From Eledone cirrhosa (taxonomy: Eukaryota), in contig OZ024743.1 in assembly GCA_964016885.1 (NCBI GenBank), positions 225,928,001 to 225,992,000 on the forward strand: DNA of 64,000 nt. The letters run 5' to 3'. The translations under genes and the position numbers were made by a program. Of this stretch, positions 12,926 through 24,606 are shown piece by piece; position 1 is the first letter of the stretch, and every line of letters starts with the position of its first letter. The notes under the pieces were generated by a model. That model searched no databases and was not told the origin of the DNA. It worked only from the letters and a program-made list of their open reading frames with translations.

Positions 12926-15236
12926 TTCCCTTGCTTTTATCGAGAATCTAATTGTAATACGTGACGTATTCTATTCTATAGCGATTAGGTCTTCAAAATG
13001 TTTATTATAAACATACAGAATATTCTCGAATATTCTATGTCTATATTCACATATATATCGCTATTTCAGAGCATTTATTCCAATTTCTAATTTCTGCCGG
13101 ACCGGCAACCGCTCTTTCAAACCAGTTCCTGTACACAGCTAAGTATTCTATAAGTCTCTAGCTGTGTCATTCTCGATAAAAGCACTGGATATGTAGTCCT
13201 GATGATTTCTAACAAGAATGAAACGCGTAGATTACTTCCCTTGCTTTTATCGAGAATCTAATTGTAATACGTGACGTATTCTATTCTATAGCGATTAGGT
13301 CTTCAAAATGTTTATTATAAACATACAGAATATTCTCGAATATTCTATGTCTATATTCACATATATATCGCTATTTCAGAGCATTTATTCCAATTTCTAA
13401 TTTCTGCCGGACCGGCAACCGCTCTTTCAAACCAGTTCCTGTACACAGCTAAGTATTCTATAAGTCTCTAGCTGTGTCATTCTCGATAAAAGCACTGGAT
13501 ATGTAGTCCTGATGATTTCTAACAAGAATGAAACGCGTAGATTACTTCCCTTGCTTTTATCGAGAATCTAATTGTAATACGTGACGTATTCTATTCTATA
13601 GCGATTAGGTCTTCAAAATGTTTATTATAAACATACAGAATATTCTCGAATATTCTATGTCTATATTCACATATATATCGCTATTTCAGAGCATTTATTC
13701 CAATTTCTAATTTCTGCCGGACCGGCAACCGCTCTTTCAAACCAGTTCCTGTACACAGCTAAGTATTCTATAAGTCTCTAGCTGTGTCATTCTCGATAAA
13801 AGCACTGGATATGTAGTCCTGATGATTTCTAACAAGAATGAAACGCGTAGATTACTTCCCTTGCTTTTATCGAGAATCTAATTGTAATACGTGACGTATT
13901 CTATTCTATAGCGATTAGGTCTTCAAAATGTTTATTATAAACATACAGAATATTCTCGAATATTCTATGTCTATATTCACATATATATCGCTATTTCAGA
14001 GCATTTATTCCAATTTCTAATTTCTGCCGGACCGGCAACCGCTCTTTCAAACCAGTTCCTGTACACAGCTAAGTATTCTATAAGTCTCTAGCTGTGTCAT
14101 TCTCGATAAAAGCACTGGATATGTAGTCCTGATGATTTCTAACAAGAATGAAACGCGTAGATTACTTCCCTTGCTTTTATCGAGAATCTAATTGTAATAC
14201 GTGACGTATTCTATTCTATAGCGATTAGGTCTTCAAAATGTTTATTATAAACATACAGAATATTCTCGAATATTCTATGTCTATATTCACATATATATCG
14301 CTATTTCAGAGCATTTATTCCAATTTCTAATTTCTGCCGGACCGGCAACCGCTCTTTCAAACCAGTTCCTGTACACAGCTAAGTATTCTATAAGTCTCTA
14401 GCTGTGTCATTCTCGATAAAAGCACTGGATATGTAGTCCTGATGATTTCTAACAAGAATGAAACGCGTAGATTACTTCCCTTGCTTTTATCGAGAATCTA
14501 ATTGTAATACGTGACGTATTCTATTCTATAGCGATTAGGTCTTCAAAATGTTTATTATAAACATACAGAATATTCTCGAATATTCTATGTCTATATTCAC
14601 ATATATATCGCTATTTCAGAGCATTTATTCCAATTTCTAATTTCTGCCGGACCGGCAACCGCTCTTTCAAACCAGTTCCTGTACACAGCTAAGTATTCTA
14701 TAAGTCTCTAGCTGTGTCATTCTCGATAAAAGCACTGGATATGTAGTCCTGATGATTTCTAACAAGAATGAAACGCGTAGATTACTTCCCTTGCTTTTAT
14801 CGAGAATCTAATTGTAATACGTGACGTATTCTATTCTATAGCGATTAGGTCTTCAAAATGTTTATTATAAACATACAGAATATTCTCGAATATTCTATGT
14901 CTATATTCACATATATATCGCTATTTCAGAGCATTTATTCCAATTTCTAATTTCTGCCGGACCGGCAACCGCTCTTTCAAACCAGTTCCTGTACACAGCT
15001 AAGTATTCTATAAGTCTCTAGCTGTGTCATTCTCGATAAAAGCACTGGATATGTAGTCCTGATGATTTCTAACAAGAATGAAACGCGTAGATTACTTCCC
15101 TTGCTTTTATCGAGAATCTAATTGTAATACGTGACGTATTCTATTCTATAGCGATTAGGTCTTCAAAATGTTTATTATAAACATACAGAATATTCTCGAA
15201 TATTCTATGTCTATATTCATATATATATATATATAT

Positions 15237-15337
<101 letters not shown>

Positions 15338-15359
15338 TATATATATATATACACACATA

Positions 15360-15414
<55 letters not shown>

Positions 15415-15572
15415 ATACTTTGGGAGGGTCATGTTGCCAATAAGAAACACACGCACCAGTTGCTTTCACTTCAATTTATTATATATTTATAAATTTATAA
15501 ATTTACAAATCTACAAACTTATAAATTTCTGGTTGGTTGGTTGGTTCCACAACCAGATAGTTGTTTATATAT

Positions 15573-15617
15573 AGTCATAGTCCTTTCGTCACACACTCTG
15601 TGACCTCTTCAGTGACT
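15573..15617 (-). ncRNA. Minimal type I HHR
   Basis: Reverse complement reads AGTCA CTGAAGA G GTCACA-GAGTG-TGTGAC GAAA GGAC TA TGACT. Confidence 0.85.
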
Positions 15618-15825
15618 GGGGATTCCTTTCTTTGTTTCTGTGCCTTTCCTTTCTTCTATCCTACGCCATTTTGTTTCTGTGTGTGTGTTGTGTGCTCAGT
15701 TTGCGCATGCGCCACATCCGGGTGTCTGTGTGTTTTTCTGTTCATTTATCTATTTGTTTATTTATTTATTTATTTATTGTTGGTTGGTTGTTTGTTCTAT
15801 GTCTGTGTGTGTTTTCATTTTGTCC

Positions 15826-16240
15826 TTAATTGTAAGTTGTGATGTTGCTGTTCCACTCATATTTTCTATTTAATTTTGGTTGTAATTCTTTTATGCTTAC
15901 TGCATCTGTAATTTGCCTAAACATTGCATCTTTTCTGTGTGTGGATTCTATTTTTATTTCTATGTTCTCTAATCTACCCCTGTGTTCTATCTTAGCATGT
16001 TGGTAGAGCACAGATGATTCTTTATTATCTTGAAGGTCTCGCCAGTGTTCATTTATTCGTTCCCCTATACTACGAGCTGTCTCACCTATGTACACTATAT
16101 TTTTGTTTCTACATTGTCCTTCAGTACATCATATGCTATACACTACATTTCTAGTTTTACAGTTAATATGGAGGCTTATTTTACAGGTTATACATTTCTT
16201 ATCTATACATGAGGGTCTTTGGAACGGGTATGTCTTGCTA
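15826..16240 (-). pseudogene. PLE GIY-YIG endonuclease fragment
   Basis: Cys-rich linker, NVVY...YIGETARSIGERINEH...RQITDAV...LNRKYEW, with an internal stop upstream of YIG; partial inverted copy at 16253-16442 (+). Confidence 0.88.
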
Positions 16241-16641
16241 ATAAGTGTTTTTATCTGTACTCTACCAACATGCTAAGATAGAACACAAGGGTAAATTAGA
16301 GAACATAGAAATAAAAATAGAATCTACACACAGAAAAGACGCAATGTTTAGACAAATTACAGAGGCAATAAACATAAAAGAATTACAACCAAAATTAAAT
16401 AGAAAATATGAGTGGAACAGCAACATCACAACTTACAATTAAGGACAAAATGAAAACACACACACACATAGAACAAACAACCAACCAGTAACATGTAAAT
16501 AAACAAATAAATAAATGAACATAAACACACATGACACCCGGATGTGGCGCATGCGCAGACTGAGCACACAACACACGCACAGAAACAAAATGGCATAGGA
16601 CAGAACAAAGGAGAGGCACATAAACAAAGAAAGGAATCCCC

Positions 16642-16686
16642 AGTCACTGAAGAGGTCACAGAGTGTGTGACGAAAGAACTATGACT
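16642..16686 (+). ncRNA. Minimal type I HHR
   Basis: AGTCA CTGAAGA G GTCACA-GAGTG-TGTGAC GAAA GAAC TA TGACT. Confidence 0.85.
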
Positions 16687-16886
16687 ATATATAAACAACT
16701 ATCTGGTTGTGGAACCAACCAACCAGAAATTTATAAATTTATAAATCTATAAATCTATAATAAATTGAAGTGAAAGCAACTGGTGCGTGTGTTTCTTATT
16801 GGCAACATGACCCTCCCAAAGTATAACAATATCGGTTTCAACACACGATTTCAGATAAAGAATCTTGCTAAACAAATTCAGAAACG

Positions 16887-16922
<36 letters not shown>

Positions 16923-17029
16923 ATATATATATATATTTTAGGAGACGATCGACTTTCGTCAAATCGGACCGAGGGAACAATGTTTCCGTTGGTCTTTCCA
17001 ATTGCTAATACTATCTATCGGTCGCAACT

Positions 17030-17160
17030 CCAGGTAGAAGGAGCAATGTGAAATAAAGTGTCTTGCTCAAGGACATAACGCATCGCCTGGTCCAGGAATC
17101 GAACTCACAACCTTACAATTGCGAATCCAATTCTCTAACCACTCAGCCACACGCCTTCAC
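17030..17160 (-). mobile_element. tRNA-derived SINE (CORE-like) 5' fragment
   Basis: Reverse complement shows A box TGGCTGAGTGG, B box GTTCGATTC, then TGTCCTTGAGCAAGACACTT. Confidence 0.75.
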
Positions 17161-17401
17161 AAATATATATATATATAGTAGAATAATCGAGTATCGAAAA
17201 ATCGGCGCACGAGTTCACGATAAACAAAATTCGACATGAGTGGCAGAGGGCTCAATAATTCAGATAAATCAGAGCTATAACTATCGTTAAAATACCAACA
17301 CACATAGATTATGTCTAAAATCAACCATACGACCGAAAAATTACGACCAGGAAGATTCGGGTCACTCAGATAAAATATCAATAAATCAATAAATCATGTG
17401 A

Positions 17402-17433
<32 letters not shown>

Positions 17434-17628
17434 AAAAAAAAAGAAAAGAGAAAACACGCTGACTACAATTATAACAGGAGGGAGGTAATGTTCTGCTGTA
17501 GTAGTATTTCGAAATGTTCTTGGATTTAGGTTCATTTGTTGAGAATGTACTAGAATGTACTTAATAATTATATTTCTGTGGTGGTTCGTGGATATCCTAA
17601 GTTGAAAGCTAAGTTACGTCGGTTCGAT

Positions 17629-20031
17629 TCACGGAGACTTAAATCTTGTGAATTTAGTGGCAATCCTGTGTCTGCAGAAGATTGATCTTTCTATCTTGTT
17701 GCCGAGTATCCTTTTTACATTTTTTAGGATATATAATAATTCTAAATCACAGAACCTACAGTGGGACATACCGGTACTGCAGGTCTTTGCGGTCGACAAC
17801 CTCGACCAGTTGATATTGTAGTTGGTGTTATTGTCCTTAAGTTCCCAGATTTTTTTGGCGAGCGTTGTAGAACTCATAAGTGCACGATTTTTCATCGAGT
17901 GTCCGTGCACATACCATCTTTTTTTAAAAGTACCCGCGGTGGATCCAATGTAATGCCAAGTGGAGTTGTCTGAATTGACCGTACACATGTACACTAGGCT
18001 CGAATCAAGGCATCTATTCGCCAACGGGCACCTATCCGATAGGTGACGGTTACAGTTTGAGGTGTTATTTCGTGCAGCTTCCACACTGCTGTTTTGTACA
18101 CTGCTATAAGTGGGTTGTGATTTATGCCCGTTGGAGTTTTGTTGCTGCGTGCTTGTATGCGCTTGCGGTTGTGATACTGTGATGTGTTTATGTTTATAAT
18201 TTGGTGCTATGTTGCGCATAGGTGGGGCGGATTCCCTAGAGATATTTCTGTGGTTGATTTTGCGTATGTGCGATTCTATATTTGCTGCTGTAGAGTATGA
18301 GTTTTATAGTTTTTCTATTGAGTATTTTATGATATCTGTGTGAAATAGGGAAGTGTTTATCTATTAGTTTAAAGAATGTAGAAGGCAGTCTGGTTTTTAC
18401 AGAGGAGTTGAAGATTGGATTGAACCATTGGTATTTTCTTTCTCTGATTCTTCTATTGATTCTAGGGTTTACATTATTGGTGTTTGGACCATTTACTCTA
18501 GGTGCTACGTGCCTAACTCTATGTCTAGTCCTGTTACTTCTATTTTTGTGTGAGCGGTTGGTGTAATGGCTAGTAGGTTTGTTTAAGTTGTCTTTATTCG
18601 CTATAAACTGCAGTTTATCTTTATGTCCAGCCCTATGTAATGCTGCGTTATAATAGTTAGCATGTTTATTAAAAATTTCTAGGTTTAGGTATAAGCGGGA
18701 TATTCTAAGGGATATACTACGTGCTATGGATCTGATTATGGATTTGGGGTGGTTTGACTTATAACTAATGTAGGCCAGATTCTCATTATTTTTGTGGAAG
18801 GGTTCTATTAATCCCGTATTTAGATTTCGAGTCACATCTAGAAAGTTTACCGTTTTATGGTTCAGTTCGTAGGTAATACTTAGGCCTAGTTTTTTGAAGA
18901 ATGTTCTAATGTTTTTTCTTAATCTTTCCATGCTCTGGTTGTTTAAGTTCCTAGCTATAAGGAGCGTGTCGTCTCTGTAAATCCCTCCTTGGAGGTTACT
19001 GAATTCCTTATGTAGGTTGTGTGCTATAAATAGCCCCATGACGTCAGTGATTTGCACAGAATCATTTGATCCCATTGTGATATCGAAGCTGTTTATCCTA
19101 TCTTTTCTTACCCAGTAGCTACTTTCAAATTTTATGATAGTCCTTCTAGCCGCTATTATTATTTCAATTTCCTCAGGGGTAAGATCGGAGTTATTTTGGG
19201 CAAATATAAGCGCTTTATCTAGGGTGGCTGGGGATATGGATGCATAGTAATCGTTTATATCGAATTGTATGAAGTTACATGTCTCCCTATTTCGTATTTT
19301 ATTGAACCATTCAATCGCCTCGTTAGTGTTACCCCATAAATTGATTTCTAGTTTACCCTTTATTTGTGCGATTACCCTATCTAGAATGTTCTTGCTAATG
19401 TTACCTATATCTGACTTAGATGGGCATATTAATCTGATAGTAGGGTTTGTTTCAAAATTATTTTTGTGATCCTTCAGGTTAAATGTGGGGTTGCATGGGG
19501 TTAGAGGCTCGGTCCTATCAGGTATTCCGAGTTTATTTACTATCCTAAGGCCCTCCATGTTAATGCTGGTGAGTGTGGATTCGTTTGTTTTTTTTTGTAT
19601 TTTTTGTGTAGTTCACGCTGAATAAAATTATTGTATGTGTTAAGGTCCATAGAGTATACGTTTGATGTTTTGTCTGCCTTTACTATGATACCGTTAGTGT
19701 CTTTTAGTTTTTTTAGTAGTGTATTGATGCCATTTTGTAATTTGTTGTGGTGTGTTCTTTTTTTAAATTTAGTTCCACTTATCATATTCATAAGGTCCAG
19801 CTCGAAGGCATCGAGTGTAGGGTTGTTTGGAGGGTTTTTGCAGGATTTGAATCCGTAATTCTCCTTAGAAAATTCTCTTGCGTTAATAGCTGGTCCTTTG
19901 TCGAAGTGGGAAGCCTTCCAACGGACCCTACGGATGAAATCATTAGTCCGTTGTATCATGCCCAGCGTATAGTCCTTATTTGTAGGTATAGGTATGTTTT
20001 TCAGTGACATTCCTATACGGTGCTTGTCCAT
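17629..20031 (-). pseudogene. PLE reverse transcriptase plus GIY-YIG endonuclease (2 frameshifts)
   Basis: SLKNIP, ADKT, LKDHK, FDINDYY, FDITMGSND, IYRDD, NFLDV, SNHP, CPL..C, YIGST, FCRH across three consecutive ORFs. Confidence 0.93.
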
Positions 20032-20750
20032 GTTGTTGCCGTGCGTTAATGGTGTTGCTCAACCAGGTGGGAGCTAAGTATACGGGGTAACAGATTATTG
20101 TTATAGGTAGTCCACTTAAGTGTAGTCCAGTTATGGTACTCCAAGTAGTGGATGATATCAACGCTTGGTTAAGTTTGACTCAACAAGGCGTTTCCATAGT
20201 GATGCTGCGAGTACGCGGTAATTTCTATGTTGTAAACACTTGGAGTAATGATAAATCAGGAAAGAAGAGTGACACGGTTTGCTATACAAAAACGGTTTTT
20301 AATCTCATTGCTGACAATTGTTTCTCTGAACTGGTAGGTCTAGAGATCGCTACCCGCTTGTTTTCACGTCATTCGATCACCAATACATAATTGTAATCAG
20401 TCAATTCATCGGAGCTTGTGAGAATGAAAGGAATATACAGGATGGCTACTATATATAGTAGTAATGGCATTCAATCAGAACAATAACAACAATACTAATA
20501 CCGGCTTATCTTTACACTATATATAATACACCCATGACAGCTTTTACATGTCAATTTTATACATCTGCCTCATGTCAGCTAGTTTTACACGCTAAAATAG
20601 TAGATATACTATATTTCTCACCTAGATTGATGTTGTGATTATTTCCAATAATTTATTGCTAGCATTGTTAGTATTGTTGTTATTGTTCTGATTGAATGCC
20701 ATTACTACTATATATAGTAACCATCCTGTATATTCCTTTCATTCTCACAA

Positions 20751-20856
20751 GCTCCGATGAATTGACTGGTTACAACTAAGTATTGGTGATCGAATGACGT
20801 GAAAACAAGCGGGTAGCGATCTCTAGACCTACCAGTTCAGAGAAACAATTGTCAGC
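20751..20856 (+). ncRNA. Putative variant HHR (CCGAUGA core, long stem II); inverse copy at 20310-20415
   Basis: GCT CCGATGA [GACTGGT...ACCAGTT] GAAA CAATTG TC AGC. Confidence 0.5.
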
Positions 20857-21082
20857 AATGAGATTAAAAACCTCTTTTGTATAGCAAACCGTGTCACTCT
20901 TCTTTCCTGATTTATCATTAATCCAAGTGTTTACAACATAGAAATTACCGCGTACTCGCAGCATCCCTATGGAAACGCCTTGTTGAGTCAAACTTAGCCA
21001 AGCGTTGATATCATCCACTACTCGGAGTACCATAACTGGACTACACTTAAGTGGACTACCTATAACAATAATCTGTTACCCC

Positions 21083-21160
<78 letters not shown>

Positions 21161-21190
21161 GTGGTTACACAACAGTTAGTTCACCATACC

Positions 21191-21226
21191 GAGAACAATT
21201 GTTTCACCTTAGCGGATCCTCAGCTC
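21191..21226 (-). ncRNA. Minimal type I HHR
   Basis: Reverse complement reads GAG CTGAGGA TCC-GCTAA-GGT GAAA CAATTG TT CTC. Confidence 0.75.
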
Positions 21227-21402
21227 TTAATGGATATGGTTATACGGAACAGGAAGGACAACCGTACGAGCGCGCATGCGCAGAAACGATCACTTCATAC
21301 AGGCAATACGAAATTGCCTGTATGAAGTGATATGTGTAATGGAGATAACTGCGAAAGTCCGAAAGTTTCTAGTTGATAAGAAAATTAGGATGTTGTTGTA
21401 AT

Positions 21403-23506
21403 TCAATCCGGAGCTTTGTAGTTATGTAAGAGGTGTTTCCAGACGTGTGGACAACGTGTGAAGAATTCATTTCTCGTGTTTAGGCAATCACTATTGCGTA
21501 TTCTCTTTAGAATATTTATTCGTTCATCAATACATAGTCCACACGACGGATTTCCCCATGCGTATGGCTTGGACTTAGTGATGGCTTTCCATTGAATGGA
21601 GTAGTCTATACGTGAGTCCTTGAGGGACCATACGTGGCTGGCGAGTTTCGTGGATAAACGTCTGTCCGGGTACCTAAAGGTCGACTGGTGATTCAGGAAG
21701 CGTTCCTTAAATCGGCCCTCCACCATACCAACATAGGATTTGACCTCCTGTGGTTGATTTGGTCAGTTGGAAGTGGCCACAGCTTTATAAACTACAGCGG
21801 GTGTGTTGCATTACTGTTGAAGGAGGACAAGCGTCGGGCTTACGACAAGAGCACCCTGGTGGGGGTGTTGCTCTTAGGGCTGTTGGTGATGTGGGCCTTC
21901 ATGTTCTTAGCGCCGGAGTATCCTAGTTTTACTTTGTGTCGGTTAAAGATGGAGCGGTATTTATGATCTATGGGAAAGTGTCTACCTAAGATGGCTAGAA
22001 ATTTTTTGCCTACATTGGTTTTAACGTTGAGTGAGAAGGGAGAAGAACACCAGATAGTTTGTCTATTGTTATGCTTTCTTTTCTTATTGTTGTTGTTAGT
22101 GGGAGAGTAAGTGATAGGTTGCGAGAAGCCATTGTTAGCTAACGCCGTGTTATAGTAGGGTGCCGCCCTGTCAAAGATAGCCTTATTAGAGGAGAGGTTT
22201 GAGATTCTAGTACTGATATTATTTACGAAGTTTCTAAAAACCGTGGGAGGGTGGCATGAGTCCTTGTGAATATAATTGAGTTTTTCGTTTAGCTTATGGA
22301 AGGCTCTGTAGGTGTGTGTGCGAAGGTCTAAATTAATGTCTAAGAAATTTACTCTAGAGAAGTTGGTAGCTACTGTTATCCTAAGTCCTAACTCATTGAA
22401 GGTAGAACCTAAGTCTTTTTTAAACCGGTCGAGGTCGTGACCACTTTTATGGCTCGATAAGGTCAGTCCATCGTCGCGGTATATTCCCGTGTAGAAGTCC
22501 GGGAATCTAACACGTAATATGTCTAAAATAAATAGGTCAACCAAGTAGCATACGTCAGCACAGTCAAACGATCCCATGGAGACGTCGAATAGGTCTGAAG
22601 TTGTTGACTTCTTTGCCCAGGCTACTCCGTTGTTGAAGAGGAGGCTTTTCCGGCAGTGAGCGATGATTTCCCTGTCTAAACCATCGACGGTAGTGTAAGT
22701 GGTAGCAAAGTCCAACGCTTTGTTTAACAGGGTCTCTGAGATCGACGGGTAAAAATCAACAATGTAAAACTGTGTGAACTTCTCTTTTTTGTATTTGAAG
22801 GAGTTAAACCACTTAATTACGGAGTCTCTGTTCTCTCACTGGGGCAGGTTGGACTTGGTACTAATGCTCTTAACTATGTTTATAAGTATGGCCTTACTGA
22901 CTAGTCCCGTATCTGTGCCTGCCAGGTTTATTAGTCTACATGTGGGGTTAGAAGTAGTCTACCTTGTGATCTTTCAGAGTGAGGAACGCCTCCAGCTTAG
23001 CTAGAGATTGTAGCTTCTTATCTACCTTAAGGGAGGCGGCAAGTTCTTTGGCTTCTGTATTAATGTCGCGGTAGGTCATAGGGTTAGCTTTCTTATATTT
23101 GGAAGTAATAGCGTCGTTAAGGGCCAAGTGGCGGAAAGTGGTGTTGTCGACTTCGTAAATATTATTAGTTTTGTCGGAAAGAAAGAAAGTGTTATTAGAA
23201 GACCTAAATTTCTTAATATCATTTCTAAGTTTAGTTTGAAAGGTGTTAGGGTGTTTTCGAAAGGAAATGTTAGCGACTAAGTCAAGAAGGTCCGCCTAGA
23301 AAGGAACAAGTTTAGTTACCTTAGGAGGGTAGTTTCGATTTCAGGTTGAAGGTGTTATGGGTGCTTGTAATTTTGCCGTCAAAAGCTTGGGCTCGCCATC
23401 TTAAGCGTCTGACGATATCTTCCGCTTTTTGTAGAAGCTTTTGGTAAACATGGTTGGAGGGAGTGGGAATGTTCTTCAGGGAGTAATCCAGTTCGTATAA
23501 ATCCAT
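21403..23506 (-). pseudogene. PLE RT plus GIY-YIG (stops and frameshifts)
   Basis: YSLKNIP, FDVSMGSFD, IYRDDG, NFLDI, SCHP, IFNRHKVKLGYS, FKERFLNH, CGLCIDE, CPH. Confidence 0.92.
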
Positions 23507-23541
23507 ACTGACGTTGATGAGACAGAAAAATGTATATATAC

Positions 23542-23572
<31 letters not shown>

Positions 23573-23575
23573 CAA

Positions 23576-24606
23576 AATTAAAATTAAAGGTTGTCATGTC
23601 TGAGAGACATGCGCCATATCCACTGTAGAATAAGATCAAAGATTCCAATGAACAGATCTGAGCATTACATATCAACTAGAAATAGATTGATATATATATA
23701 TAAAATAAACATATGAAACAATCACAGGGAATAATTTGTAAAGAATGTAAGCACACATAGCTAGGTAGGTAACTAATTAAAGTTAAACTAGAACTTCAAA
23801 TATAGATACCTTTTAAAATGATTAATCTCCTTTGTATATATTTCTTTAAGTAAGAAATATATTTCACCAATTAATCCGTAAATCACAGCAGTCAAATATA
23901 GGATGGTCACCAAAGGAGAAGAAGATAACTATCTGCGTTTACAAAGCAAATGCAAATCTGTGAATGACTCGAACCACGTGTTGCATTTAAAAAAAAAAAA
24001 ATACACACATTCTTTACAAATTATTCCCTGTGATTGTTTTATATGTTTATTTTATATATATATATGTCAATCTATTTCTAGTTGATATGTAATGCTCAGA
24101 TCTGTTCATTGGAATCTTTGAGCTTCTTCTACAGTGGATATGGCGCATGTCTCTCAGACATGACAACCCTTAATTTTAATTGATTGTTGAGCTAATTCAG
24201 TTGAATGGACTCGGCTGCTATTTCTGGCTGTCGATGGTCCTATTTACGCCACTGGGATGACGTTGTGCAATGTGTGTATTTTAAAAAAAAATGCAACACG
24301 TGGTTTGAGTCATTCACAGATTTGCATTTGTTTTGTAAACGCAGATAGTTAGCTTCTTCTCCTTTGGTGACCATCCGATATTTGACTGCTGTGATTTACA
24401 GATTAATTGGTGAAATATATTTCTTACTTAAAGAAATATATACAAAGGAGATTAATCATTTTAAAAGGTATCTATATTTGAAGTCCTAGTTAAACTTTAA
24501 TTAGTTACCTACCTAGCTATGTGTGCTTACATTCTTTACAAATTATTCCCTGTGATTGTTTCATATGTTTATTTTATATATATATATATGTCAATCTATT
24601 TCTTGT

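Larger units (their letters stand above)
8402..15219. mobile_element. Palindromic tandem array of a 310-bp HHR-containing unit (non-LTR retrozyme-like)
   Basis: Period 310 bp (8402, 8712, 9022, ...); ~14.2 copies in one orientation, inversion at ~12810-12823, then ~7.7 inverted copies; (TA)n on both sides; one HHR per unit. Confidence 0.92.
15408..16890. mobile_element. Head-to-head pair of PLE 3' ends (GIY-YIG plus pLTR) in (TA)n
   Basis: 15408-16015 is the inverse of ~16253-16831; the GIY-YIG C-terminus and an HHR are in both arms. Confidence 0.9.
17432..21085 (-). mobile_element. Near full-length PLE (Hydra-clade-like) with inverted duplicate of its 5' region
   Basis: RT-GIY-YIG ORF at 20031-17629; 20083-20498 is the inverse of 20668-21083; (TA)n at both ends. 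Confidence 0.9.
21158..23530 (-). mobile_element. Near full-length decayed PLE (Hydra-clade-like) in (TA)n
   Basis: RT-EN ORF remnants and a 3' HHR, with TA flanks. Confidence 0.9.

Noticed and set aside
8402-15219. CRISPR array or ordinary centromeric satellite
   Set aside because: There are no variable spacers or cas genes; each unit has an HHR and the array sits in (TA)n with PLE-like inverted geometry.
17060-17160. tRNA gene (also the heads of the Nin SINEs)
   Set aside because: A and B boxes are present but there is no proper cloverleaf; the sequence continues into a SINE body.
20133-21033. Duplicated 85-aa ORF (20133-20390 plus, 20776-21033 minus)
   Set aside because: A by-product of the inverted repeat, antisense to the PLE 5' UTR; no recognisable motif.
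17629-23506. Currently active autonomous PLE helper for the retrozyme array
   Set aside because: All PLE ORFs in the window have frameshifts or stops; an active helper must lie elsewhere, unless the homopolymer frameshifts (e.g. ~19590) are sequencing errors.
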